A DNA stretch of 64,000 bases from Phaeosaccion multiseriatum (Eukaryota; Protista; Ochrophyta, other classes). Where the stretch lies: contig OZ218961.1 of assembly GCA_965112735.1 (NCBI GenBank), positions 2,418,001 to 2,482,000 on the forward strand. The letters are read 5' to 3'. Positions 1 to 12,386 of the stretch are shown here, one piece after another (within the stretch, counting starts at the first letter, position 1; each line of letters starts with the position of its first letter). The notes below the pieces were generated by a model. That model had not been told where the DNA came from. It saw only the letters and a program-made list of their open reading frames with translations, and did not search any database. A program made the translations under genes and the position numbers.

Positions 1-393
1 ACCTTTGAGGGTCTACAACTCGTCTTGGTGCACTATCTCGACGACGTGGTGTCGCAGGAGATGAAGGCCGGGGGGCCCGCCAGGTACGGTAACTAGGAAG
101 CAAGGAGAAGGGAAAAGTTCGTGGACGATCGATCGTTATTGAAGTGGCGTCGGAACCCAACCCCCCCCCTTCTCTTCCGCTTCTCACCCCCATTCCCCTC
201 CCTCCCTTCCTCCCCTCTGTGAACACAGCCAACTCCTCGCCAACTCGCTGGGGGCTCCCTCCCTCGCCTCCCTTCTCTCAGAGAGCCTCAGCAAGCCCAG
301 GGGTCCTGCCTTCTCGCAACCGCATCAGCCCAAGCCAAAACCCAAGCCCAGGCCCAAACAGCAATCGAAACCGAAGCAGAAGCGCCAGCCTAA

Positions 394-427
<34 letters not shown>

Positions 428-441
428 CAGCAGTTGGTGAT

Positions 442-483
<42 letters not shown>

Positions 484-3400
484 AAACCCGCAAGCCGGAG
501 GAGAGCCTCGGAATGGTGTGCTGCACGACGGTGTCAACGCTTCGGATTATAGTAAGCATTTTCTGCAGCCTCATGGAGATATGACGGGGGCAGCACCCGC
601 ATCAACAGCAGCAGCAGGCCTCCCAGTGAGGATAGGTGGTGGAGGAGGAGGAGGAGGAGGAGGAGGAGGAGGAGGGGGAGAGGGAGGGGTAGATGGATTC
701 TTTCGCACTTTCCCCGATGGGATGATCGAGATGGGAGAGGGTGCGTCTCAGGTCACGAATGGAGACTCTCATCTCTTCGGTGGTGCAGGGGCGGCGCAAC
801 AGGAGCACCAGCAGCATCAGCAGCTGCAGCAGCAGCAGTTGGTGATACAACAGCAGGAAGGGGTAGTGCAGGAGCTACCGGAGGAGGAGAGGGGGTTGGA
901 CGATGAGGCGTTGGACATTGACTCCCTCATGCTCTCTCTCTGCGATGACGACATGGATGATGTGGCCTCGCTGCCCAAGGACGAGGAGGAGGAGCGGCAC
1001 CAACACCAGCAAGATGGGCATGGTGGTTACATGGTTGGCGACGACTTTGATGCTGACCTACTCCTCTCTCCCCTGACTCCGGCTATCGCTATGGCGATGA
1101 CGGACCCTCCTCCACAACCTCCTCCTCTCGCCATTTTGGACTTTGCTCCCTCATGGGATGTACCCCAGGGAGGGGCGAAGATGCTGCTTTGTTTAGCGGC
1201 GCCGCTACAGGTAAGCAACCGTCGTTCGCTCGTTCGTTTTCGTTCGATTTCCTGTGATCCTCCTTCCTCCCTCGGCCTGATCTATCCTTCTATGAATGCT
1301 CTCTCTGTCTCTCTCTGCTGTGTCCACTAGTTGTATGAGTCAGAAGCCAAAGTTAACAAAGTCTCCACTCCCACTTACCCTGCTGCCCGTATGCCCATAT
1401 GACCCCACCTTGTGGATGGACGTCATGACCACCCTGATCATGACCGACTACCCTGTGATGCCTCATACAACCAACAGGAGGGGTGCGCTGAAGTATTTGT
1501 TTTGTTTGGAGAGAACGCCGTGTCCGCTGAGGTGCTGGGCCCTGCGGTGCTGCGATGTGTAGTACCAACTTCCTCCCACCCCAGCAGCACCAGCACCAGC
1601 ATGAGTACCGGCATTAACAGCGGGGGTGGTACAACAGAGGGCACCAGCCAAGCGCAGCAGCTGCACCAGCAGGAAAACACTTCGCCGTCGGCACAAAGTG
1701 GGAGGGGCGGAAAGGGGAAGGCGAAGGGCAAGGGACGCAGCAGCAGAGGGAGGGTGTCACAGTTGGCGGGCAAGACGCCAAGTAGCGGTACCACTGCTGC
1801 TCATCGTGTGCGCTTAAGGCTGTCTCTCAGGTCCGTCCCCTCCTCCTCCTCCTCCTCCTCTGCACTCGCCGCGCCACCCCCTGCGCCGCCGGCATTTGCT
1901 GCCATCGGCTTCCCGGTCCAAGACGACAAGCCGCGGGGTGAAGTGCGCGATACTAGCGGCGAATTACAAAGAGACAATGACAATGCATCATCAGCATCGG
2001 TACCCGCACCGGAGGAGGGGAAAGTCGATGTCGCGTCGTGTTGTTGGTTCGAGTATAGACCGCCGCCGCCGTGCAGCCCACCGCCTTGTGCGTGTGTGTG
2101 TGGCAATCAAAGAGCCGGCGAGCTGCCCCGTGGGGTAGGGGTGGCGGGGGCTCTGGCGGCAGCAGCAGGAGGAGGAGGAGCAACAGCAGCAGCAGCAGCA
2201 GCAGGAGGAGGAGGAGGAGGAATGGGACCCATAGGCGATGCTTCCCTCGGGAGTGGGTCGGTGGTCACTCCCCGGGGGGCACTGAGGCTGGCAGATGGTG
2301 CCTCCCTCTGTTCACCCGCAGGCAGTGCTGGCAGCAGCAGCGCTCATACCCCTCGGTCATGCACGAGCAAGCGAAGTCGGAGGGACATGAACGAGCGCAC
2401 CAGTAGCAGCAGTGCCTCTGCTGGAGCTGGAGCTGGAGGTTCAAGCGCAGCCTCACATCGGACAGGGTGGGAGCGTTTTGAGAACGCAGAGGGCTTGTTT
2501 GACGAGACCAGCAGCACCAGCAGCAGCAGCGACGGTTACGGCGGTTACGGGTCGGACGCTGATGATGAGAAGGTTGCTGCTGCTCAAGGGCTCATTGGGG
2601 CAAGTGGTGGCTTGGGTACATGTGGTGCTGCCATGGGACGGGATGGCATTGGCATTGGTGCCGCCCAGGACAGTGGACACGGATCAAAAATGGGCGGCGA
2701 CGGTCGTCACAGCTCCGGTGCAGTTTCCGGTATGGGATGGGCGGCCACCACCGCCACCAAGGGCAGTAGCTGTAGCGGCATGAGCAAGGGAAACGGCAGT
2801 AGCTATGGCTATAGCAGCAGCAGTAGTAAGACGAGGCATCGAAGCAACAAGATTCGTATCGTGGAGAAACTGGGAGGACTGGCGTCTGCTGACGGAGGAG
2901 GAGGAGGAGGAGGGAGCTCTCCGGTAGGCTTTTCGACCGCGGCGGGGGGCGTCGGTGACGGTGGTGTCGACTCAGCTTCATCACCTCCGGGGTTTGGGGG
3001 GTGGGGGGACGCTGTGATGGCAGGGACAAGGGGTGGAGGGGAGAGTGTAGTAGAGGTAGGAGGAGGAGGAGGAGGAGGAGGAGGAGGAGGAGGAGGAGGA
3101 GGAGGAGGAGGAGGAGGAAGTGGGGAGGTGGGGCTACCGACGAGAGGAAGAGACCCCACGCCACGTGGGCACGGTGGAGCAGGGGGAGGGGGGCGGCGGG
3201 GGGCCGAGGACGAGGAGGACGGAGAAGACGGAGGAGGGGAGTTTGGAAACTTTTTGGATGACCAGGCGCTTGCAGACCTCGGTAACGACGAGTTGGAGGA
3301 GCTGTTGGAGCAACTCTCTCTGACGGTGGTGGCCCAGCTGGCCCAACTTGCTTCTACAGACCAGGTATGTGTGTGTGTGTGTGTATGTGTGTATGTGTAT

Positions 3401-3504
3401 GTGTGTGTACACATGTAGTGCTGAAGTTTGACTTGCATCATTCCTTCAGACGGATCCTCTTTTCTTTCTTGCCTCCCTACACGACTCCTCTCTTTGTGTA
3501 TGTA

Positions 3505-3535
<31 letters not shown>

Positions 3536-6188
3536 CTTCTTTCGCCTGCGCGCTCCCATCAGTTACCCCTTTATTCTTCCCTGGCTGGCTACACCACCTA
3601 CTTTCCTCTCTTTTGACTCATTCACTCCTCTCTTTATGTATGGATGGACTTTCTTCTCTCTCTCTTCTCTCTCTTTTCTGCGTGCCTTACATGAAACCGT
3701 AAACGCTGCTACCCTGACACAAATCAAATCACCACAACCACAGGCTCTGCAGGACGAGCTGAGCGCCCCCGACGAGACCGGCCTTGCCCTCCTGCACTAC
3801 ACTTGCCTCTACAGCGAAGGCCTGGGCAAGCTCGTGCCGGTCTTACTAGAACGAGGCGCGTTGGTCAATCAACCCACGAGCGACGCCAACCTGTCAACCC
3901 CGCTGCATCTCGCGGCCGTGAGTGGAGGAGACATTGGCATTGTTCAGCAACTCATTGTGGCGGGTGCGTCTCTGGCCTCGCTCGACGCCGCGGGTCACAC
4001 ACCGGCCGACGTGGCCTTTCAGAGTGGGTTTGACGCCTTGGGCAATTGGCTGGTCTGGCTCGCGCAGAGCAGTGGTGGTGACGCTTGCCGGGCAGGAGCA
4101 GCGGCGACGGCGGCGGCGAGAGGAGAGGGGGATGCGGGGGTTGTGTTTAGGGAGCTTGGTCTAGCCGAAGCCGCGGCGGGGATCGAAGGCGCAGCAGCAG
4201 GAGCGGGAGGAGGAGGCAGGAGTGAGCCTGCACAACTTGGAAGCAGCAGCAGCAGCAGCAGCAGCAGGATCAGTTGTAGTGGGGGTCTGGGGGCACATGC
4301 GATGCCCAAAAGTGGTCAGAGCGTAGCGGGGCAGCTGCTGCCCGGTGGCACTCCGGCATTGAGGGGGGGCATGGATGTCGCTGCTGGCAATAGCAGCAGT
4401 GAAGGAGGCGGAACGGGTGTGGCGGTGGGAGGAGGAGGAGGAGGAGGAGGAGGAGGAGGAGGTGGTGGTGGTGGTGGTGGAAGAGGAGGAGGAGGAGAAG
4501 GAGAAGGACAACTTCAACTTCAACTTCAACAGCAACATGTTGGGGGTGGCGGCTCGGTGCTCACTGGCCGAGGAGTTTCTCCAAAGGCCGGCAGCAACAG
4601 TCACGGCAGTGGTACCGTGGTGACCACTGCTCTGGGAGGGACCAGTGCCATCAGCACCAGCAGTCTACTCCAAGAGGCCTTTGCTAACCTCACCTTACAT
4701 GAGAAGTGCGCGCTGTCGCTCTCAGTGACACAAGGCGGTGGCGGCGGCGGAGGAGGAGGAGGACAGGGGGGCGGGGCCATGACGGATGGTCCTTCGCGAC
4801 CGATTGGCGACCGAGGAGGAGGAGGTGGTGGTGGTGGTGAAGGCGGCAGGGGCGGTGGCGGTGGCGGCGGCGGTGGTGGTGATGGTGAGGCTTCTGCGGT
4901 TGCAGACGGCAGCGGTGGGATTGGCGCCGGTGTAAGTAAAATACTTAGCAACAAGGAGCAGGAGCGGCAGGAGCAAGAGCTCGCTGACGTGTCGAGCGTA
5001 CTTGCCGCCTCCGACCACAGCAGTCTCACGGCGGCAATGTCGATGATGGGCAGCGCCGAGCGAGGTCAACTGGCCGAAGACGCCCGCATTATACAGCAAT
5101 CGGTGCGTGCGTGGCTGCTTCGGAGGAACTATAAATCCCTCCGAGAGGCGGCACAGACGCTCCAATCGGCATGGAGGTCGAGGCAGCGCTCTCGCCTGAG
5201 ATCGGAGAGTGCGAGTCGCAGCAAGACCGCCGGCAGCAGGGGCTGTGACGGCGGTGACGGCTTGGGGGGCGGGTTGATACCACTTGGGGGCGGTGGACAC
5301 GTGCAGGCGGGTGGGGTGGGGAAGAAGGGGGCGGGTGGTGGTGATGTTGTGGCTGCGGGGCTGCTGCTGCGTACGAGTGGTGGAGCGGAAACCATGGGGG
5401 GGGGCGTGCATGTATATAATGGGGAGAGGATTGCGATGCCAGTAGCAGCAGGGGCGGCGGTAGCAGCGGCGGTTACAGAAGGTGGAGCAGCGAAGGCAGT
5501 TGCTCCGGGCGGTATCCTCGCTGCTGGTGCTGCGGCCGCCGCCGCTGCTGGAATCGCTGTGGCAGGAGGAGGCCGTGGGGGGACTCCTTCTTCTCTCGCT
5601 GGCGCGGGCGGGGGCGCACAGATGGGCAGGGGGACTACAGATGGCGACGGTGCAAGAATGGACGTTGGTGTGGACGATGCGGGGGCGACGGTGGCTGCTG
5701 CTGCCGGGGCTGGAAGGGGAAAGGGGAGGGGGGGTCCCCCTCCTCCTCCTTCTACCGCCTTGGTTATTCGGCGGCAAATCGACGCCGCCAACACTCTGCA
5801 GGCGGCCACGAGGGGTATGTTGGCGAGGAAGAACTTTGCGACGGTCAAGAGGGAAACGACGGCGTTGTTGCTCATTCAGACCAAGCTCAGGCGGTGGCTG
5901 AGGGAGGGCCAGGCTGTGCGGCAGCAGCAGTTGGTGATACAGCAGCAGCACCACCACCAGATGCTGCTCCAGCAACAGCAACAACAACAGCCGCAGCAGG
6001 AGCAGCAGCAGCACCACCACCACCAACAACAACAACAACAACAGCAACAGCAGCAACAACACCAGCAGTTGATCTTACATCAGCAACAGCAGCAGCAGGA
6101 GTTGATCCAACAACAGCAGCAGCAGCAGCAGTTGGTGATACAGCAGCAGCAGGAGCAGCAGGAGCTGTGTGACCTCATGAGCGACTGA
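1..6188 (+). CDS. CAMTA: CAMTA-like calmodulin-binding transcription activator, 5'-partial, spliced (end of CG-1, TIG/IPT, ankyrin repeats, IQ motifs, poly-Q tail)
   Basis: Bases 1-83 read TFEGLQLVLVHYLDD, resembling the CG-1 C-terminal 'IVLVHY'. ILDFAPSWDVPQGGAKMLLC (~1133-1192) and VFVLFGENAVSAEVLGPAVLRCVVP form the TIG domain. Ankyrin: GLALLHYTC...TPLHLAA...DAAGHTPADVA. IQ motifs: ARIIQQSVRAWLLRRNY, AAQTLQSAWR, ANTLQAATRGMLARKNF, LLIQTKLRRW. GT donors at 84, 1211 and 3365; stop at 6186-6188. Domain order matches CAMTA. Confidence 0.85.
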
Positions 6189-6744
6189 GACTTAGGGCCC
6201 TCAGTGCCAAGGTTGAGGTTTGAGGGGATTTTATTGACTAATAGGTGTGTGTGTGTATGTGTGTGGTTTGAGGGGCAGCGGAGAAGAGCCGCCGGGGAAC
6301 AGTTATAACGCCCCCGGGGTGTGCTTGTATGTAAATCGTAAGTACCTATTATAGAAGAAAAAGAAGGAGTCGACTCATTAGAGAGCGACAGTCGTCAGTC
6401 ACAGAGCGGAGCTACAGAGTATAATTTCTCACGAGTTTTAATTATTTTTTGTCATTTTAAATCAAAATACACATGGTGGTATCGTAAGACACGCAGTTTA
6501 CAGTCGCTTGCCTCGCTTGCCTTGCCCGCTCCCCCTCCCGTCTAGCCCAAGCTAGAGCAAGTTCGAGGCTTTTTGGGCTTTGTGGAGCTGTGGTGATATT
6601 TAAAGCCTGAGCTGCCTGGTCTCTTCTTTTTCTTTTTCAGCGCACGGCCAACCTCATTTGTTCAAAACTGCAAATCCTGAGAGAGGGAGGGCCCTCTTGC
6701 CCTCTTGCCCTCTTGCTGGTCTTCGTCCACATGGGCGGTGGACA

Positions 6745-6776
<32 letters not shown>

Positions 6777-6891
6777 TAGGCAGGCAGGCAGGGACAGCTG
6801 CGAGGCGTTTTCCGTTTTCCCACATACATCCCCTGTGAGGAAGGAGGGAGGAGAAGGAGAAGGAAGAGAAAAGGAGCTCTACGCTCTCTCG

Positions 6892-8882
6892 CTACACCTT
6901 TCCCGTAATCTCGGGTACGGCGTCGAAGAGGTCGGCAACAAGGCCGTAGTCAGCAACCTGACGATGGGTCATGGGGTGGGCAAGCAAGTGCAAGCAAGTG
7001 CCAGCCACAGAGCCACACGGGGGCACACAGGGCACCCACAGAGACACAGGCACAGCAGCCCATACCATGAGGGGAGCGAGTGGGGGAACAGGGGCAGGGC
7101 GAGTGGAGGGGGAAGCGAAGGTTGCGGTTGAGCTTCAAGCGGCAGGTTGCGGGCGGGGGATATCGACATGCGTAAGCCGAGGAGCAAACGTCATGTCTGG
7201 TGTGACCACTTCTCCTGCCGTGCGTCTATCGTTGCCTGTGTTCATTCCTCCACTCCTTCCCCTTGTTCCTTCCCCTTGTTCCTTCCTTCCTTCCGTCCTC
7301 CCTCCTTCCGTTCCTCCCTCCCTCCCTCCTTCCGTCCCTCCCTCCCTCCCTCCTTCCGTCCCTCCCTCCCTCCCTCCCCACCTCCCTCCCTCCCTCCGTC
7401 CCTCCCTCCCTCCCTCCGTCCCTCCCTCCCCACCTCCCCACCTCCCTCCCTCCCTCCCTCTCTCCCTCCCTCCCTCCGTCCCTCCCTCCCCACCTCCCTC
7501 CCTCCCTCCGTCCCTCCCTCCCCACCTCCCCACCTCCCTCCTTCCGTCCCTCCCCACCTCCCTCCCTCCCTCCCCCCCCCCCCCCCCTGACCTGGAATAT
7601 GGGGGCCTCCTTGTCCTTATTGATGGCCACAATGCACTTGCTGTCCTTCATGCCCGACAGGTGCTGAATCGCCCCGCTAATACCCACCGCTACGTACAGC
7701 TCCGGAGCCACCACCTTGCCCGTTTGCCCCACCTACATCCGCAAGACACACACAAGGGAAGGGGAAGGTAAGGGCTGGACTGTCCACCATCAATAATGGT
7801 GCATTCGACAAAAGCTTCACCGGATAGCGGTGCGGTATCGCGTTACGGCCCTCCCTCCTTGGCTCGGGGAACGAGGCGCCTACCCTCCCTATCTCCATCT
7901 CTCTTGTCTCTACATGTCGCTGTTTTCTCTTCTCTACAGACAAACCTCTCCCTCCGTCTCGCACATAGGCAAGAACGGCTGCCTCTGTGTCTGCCTCCCC
8001 ACAGCTGCACTGCTGCACCCACGAACTATACGAAACGCACCTGAAGTTCGTTCGGCACCATGCCTGCATCTACAGCAGCTCGAGAAGCCCCGACGGCACC
8101 TCCCAGCTGCCAATGTCGTATGGCGTTTCAGAAAGACGTACAGAGAAGGGTTAGAAACCGAAGAGGAGGGGAGGTGCGGGGAGACGAGAGTGCATTGCAT
8201 GGATCTCTCCCTGCCTGTCCTTTCTGGGCATGAATCGTCAAGTGCACACACACGCACACACACACACACACACGCACACACACACACACACGCACATACG
8301 CACGCACACGCACACACACACGCACACACACACATACGCACCTTGTCCGCGAGTACTTCGAGCATGGCAAAGTTGCTTCCCTCCTTCAGACCCCGCCCAC
8401 CGCTAATCACAACACGGGCGGCCGTTAGGTCGGGTCGCTCCCCACCTCCCACCGCCTCGCTCACAAATGACGACAGCCCCAAATCGGGCTTGTCCAGCAG
8501 AGGCGCGGCCTCGATCGACGCTGAGGGGCATAGATGGGAGAGAACGGAGAGACAGAGAGCACATACATACACACAGAGAGAGAGAGGGAGGGAGACAGGG
8601 AGACAGCGAGAGAGAGACAAGAGAGAGAGAATCGAGACACGTCAGCTTCGGTGGTCGGGCTTGCGCGGTTTCTGGTTTGTGGGCTGCCTAAGCAGGAAGA
8701 GGCCTCGTGCTAGGAGTGGACGGGAAGGGCCCAGCTTACTGCCACAGGGAAGAGAGCAGCCCAAGAGAGTGGTCGGGGAAGTGTCCAGGCGCCGCAGAGA
8801 AGGCCGAGCAATCAAAATCAAGAAGGGCATTGAGCGGGCTGCCTCGGCCCTCATTCACACACACGCACACACACGCACACAA

Positions 8883-8927
<45 letters not shown>

Positions 8928-10219
8928 GCTCTATCCTGAAAAGGGGTCCCATTGTACCCACCTTCTGCCCCCCCTCGCGCCGCCTTGTCGAACGCTGTGC
9001 CTCGGACGGAAAGAACCTTGACACTGTCCCCCGCGCTGACGGTGGCGAGGGCGTTGCCGGCGTACATGGGGCGTTTGAATGTGCTCTCGTCCACAATCTG
9101 CACGGACCACCATCAACAGCACCAGGAGCAGATGGTTATACAGCAGTTGGTGATACGCTAGTTGGTGACACAGCGGTTGCGGCAGAGCATCAGGCGTAGC
9201 TCTTGCTACGCACCGGATCCAAAGCTCTATACATACGATATACCCAAAGCTCGGCACTCCATACCTCCGCCCAAGCCACACGCACACACACACACACGCG
9301 CATGCACGCACACCCACGCACACATGCATACGCACACCCACCCGCACACACCTCTACAACGTCAGTAACGGGCGCGACGTCAAGCAGGGCTCCGAGGCGG
9401 CCCACATAGCTCTTGCCCTGCATGGTGGAGGGGATAAGCACGTGCGAGTAGGACCCGTCCTGCTGGACCTGAAGGTGGCGTTATGAAGGTGGTGTTAAGA
9501 AGGTGGCGTTATGAAGGTGGCATTATGAAGGTGGCGTTATGAAGGTGGCATCATGAAGGTTGCATTATGAAGGTGGTGTTATGATTGGTATGCGGGGGTG
9601 GGGGGTATGCACGTACACACGCACATACGGCGGGGTGTGGGTACGACGAATTGGTACGGAGGGTGGGGAGGGAGGGAGGGAGGGAGGGGAGGGGAGGGGA
9701 GGGAGGGAGGGAGGGAGGAAGGAAGGGAGGGAGGGAGGGAGGGGAGGAGGGAAGGAAGGGAGGGAGGGAGGGAGGGAGGGAGGGAGGGAGGGAAGGAAGG
9801 AGGGTCCACGGGGGCCTTTGTCGGTTCCGCATTTGACGTGGGATCAGCACAAATGGACAGAAGTGAGGAACCATAGCATTCATCCTGCTTGCTGTTGGGA
9901 GCGCTACTGGGCATACTTTGCTGCCTTCCCTCTTGTCGGTCAGTCACACGAGTGTGCTTACGCTTCTACCCCCCCCGCCCTCATTCTTGTGCTCACACAA
10001 ATGCGCAGCTCTTCTCTCTCCCCCTCACCTTTGCCACGGCAGCGGCAAGGTTTTCGGCGAGTCCGTGCTCGAAGGCAGCGTCATCGCCGTGCAGAACCTT
10101 CGGGAGGGGCAGCAGCAGTTGATGATACAGCAACAGCAGCAGCAGCAGTTGATGATACAGCAACAGCAGCAGCAGTAGTTGGTGAGACAGCAACAGCAGC
10201 AGCAGCAGTTGGTGATACA

Positions 10220-10250
<31 letters not shown>

Positions 10251-11373
10251 TTGATGATACAGCAACAGCAACAGCAGCAGCAGTTGATGATACAGCAGCA
10301 GCAGCAGCAGTTGGTGATACAGCAGCAGCAGCAGCAGCAGCAGCAGTAGCATCAGCAGCGGGGCGTTGTTAGAACGCTACTGCACGGAGATGTAGGCGTA
10401 AAGATGTGATGCCCATCTCCCACGGAGCCCCGCCCCCCCTCCCCTCCTCTCCTTGCGCAAGACAGCTTACCTTGTCAACGCCCTCTACTTGAGCGAGCTG
10501 CGTGGCCACTTGTCCGCTGCCGCTACCTAGCACTAACCCATGCACTTCCCCGCCACCAGAGAGCTGGACGGCGGCGGTCACTAGGTGGTGGGGGGGGGCA
10601 GGGGCAGCCGGCAGAGGATCCGGGTCAGGGTCAGGGTCAGGGTCGGGCTTCAAGGTAAAAGCTCAAGGACGAGGGGTCAGGGTGAGTGCCGACAGGACCC
10701 AGGTCAGCTACTCAGTTACGCAGTATATGAGCATAGCAAGGCCTGGGGTTATGCAGTCGGGTGCGAAAGAGAAGGTCCACACACAAACACACACCTGGCT
10801 CGATAGAAAAAAAATTCCAAGGTGTGTCCCTCTGACAGAAAGATTAATAGAAGCATACCTGTGGAGAGGGTGGCAGCGCCTAGGGCCGTGTTGTTGTGCT
10901 CTGCAAGAACCAGAGTGGAGGCGCAGCACTGTTGGCGGGAGACAACCGGGGCCCTGGTCCCACAACGTCGTGACGCCAAGCCCGTTGAGTGCCCCACTCG
11001 CCGGGCGACGGATGCCGCCTTCGAGCAGGAGCGAGGAGTGAAGGGGTTGGGGTATCCAGTTATACATACGCATGAGAGAGTCGAAGGGGGATACGTAGGA
11101 CGGAACACGTCTAGTGAAGTTCGAAAGAAGGGGAAGAGAAAAGGAGGGGGGAGAGGGGCGGGGAGAAAGGGAAGAAGCAGATGCACAGCAGGCTGGCCCA
11201 CAGGTTCCCCTGCTCCCTCCACGCTGGGGCCTAGCACACGTAGTGGCTATTCAACAGAATTGCCGCACAGGATTGGACGTGCTGTTGACAAGAAGCACTG
11301 TCGGGAGGCGTTGAAGTTGACTTGGGTCTTCCTCCCTTTATTAATTTATCCTACTCACCTGACGAAAGAGCAT
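6892..11373 (-). CDS. ETFA: Electron transfer flavoprotein subunit alpha, mitochondrial (multi-exon)
   Basis: Exons read: MLFRQ (11373-11359, followed by GTGAG); [20 protein letters not shown]; [11 protein letters not shown]; [13 protein letters not shown]; [22 protein letters not shown]; [15 protein letters not shown]; [23 protein letters not shown]; [47 protein letters not shown]; [21 protein letters not shown]. These are the standard ETF-alpha FAD-binding signatures. Confidence 0.95.
9470..9580. repeat. Intronic minisatellite, 14-bp unit GAAGGTGGCGTTAT, ~8 imperfect copies
   Basis: Directly visible tandem array next to an ETFA acceptor site. Confidence 0.85.
10110..10350 (+). repeat. Intronic CAG tract carrying 7 copies of the TTG(G/A)TGA(T/G)AC word, ~30-bp period
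   Basis: Copies at 10119, 10149, 10179, 10209, 10251, 10284 and 10311. Confidence 0.9.
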
Positions 11374-11634
11374 TTCGACGCCCTCCTCCGCCTCCCCGAC
11401 ACTGACAGGCCCTTCTCTGATGTACAAAGTCTACTGCTTAATGGAGAGGATGGAGAGGAAGGAGAAGAGAGAGAAAGAGGGGAGAGAAAGACGGAAAGTG
11501 GAAAAAAGAAAAAAAGGGCTCTATTTTAAATGTCGAACTCGATTTCTATTATCTCCGCTCTCTTCTCTCTTTCCTTCCCTACCAAGGGCTCCTTCCCTAC
11601 TTTGGATCCCCTACGTGTGATTCCGGCGGCCGCT

Positions 11635-11851
11635 GGAGGCGTGATTCGTGATTCTGTGCACCGCTACAGGCGTGATTCGTGCTTGTCGGCGGTGCGCCTT
11701 AGAAATAAGGCAATGAAAGAGTAAGTCAGGGACCCGTGTGAGACGCCGAGAATCACGAATCACGCCGAGAATCACGAATCACGCCTGTAGCGGTGCACAG
11801 ATTCACGAATCACGCTTGTAGCGGTGTACAGAATCACGAAATCACGCCTCC
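11635..11851. mobile_element. Putative MITE/foldback element with ~47-bp terminal inverted repeats built from GTGATTC heptamers
   Basis: Left end GGAGGCGTGATTCGTGATTCTGTGCACCGCTACAGGCGTGATTCGTG (11635-11681). Its reverse complement occurs as overlapping imperfect copies at 11774-11851, ending ...ATCACGCCTCC. No coding capacity. Confidence 0.6.
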
Positions 11852-12386
11852 CTCAGAATATGTCAGGGATCGATACTAGTACCAAGCCCAGGAGGGAATG
11901 TACGCGTTCGCCCATGCAGAGGGCTCCCTCACCACCAGCCACTCCCACCAAGACACTCCCCAGCGAGTAAGTCAGCCAGCTACCTCCTCAGGCACGTCGC
12001 TGCTGCCAGGGGCTAACTCCTCCACCCCCTCCTCCTTCCTTCCTTCCTTCATCCACAGCTGGGGCCCGCATTGCGGCGCATTGCGGGAGGGCGAGGGAGC
12101 AGCGGACCCACCACGGCCACCGAACCAGGCGGGTTCTGGCTGCTGTACGCACAGGCCAGGAGAACGCGAATAGTTGTATTCGTCCTGTAGGTGAGTAAAA
12201 AAAGAGATACATCGGTCCCATCATATCTTCTCTCTCCTCACTCTCCTCTCTTTTATATATATATTTATATAGATATAATTCTGATCCATCATATTTTCTC
12301 TCCTCACTCTCCTCTCTTTGTATGTATGTATTATATATATATATCATATATATATATATCATATATATATATTTCATATATATATA

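Noticed and set aside
6971-7771. Many PPSL/GGRE/HTHT/VCVC-rich ORFs here and throughout the window
   Set aside because: Translations of intronic (CCCT)n, (GGGA)n and (CA)n repeats, or antisense frames of real exons.
11745-11851. CRISPR-like repeat-spacer appearance
   Set aside because: Spacers are themselves repeated, the structure is inverted, there are no cas genes and the context is eukaryotic.
11851-11873. Similarity of CCTCAGAATATGTCAGGGATCGA to 29217-29240
   Set aside because: Short, gapped and not extendable on either side; could be chance.
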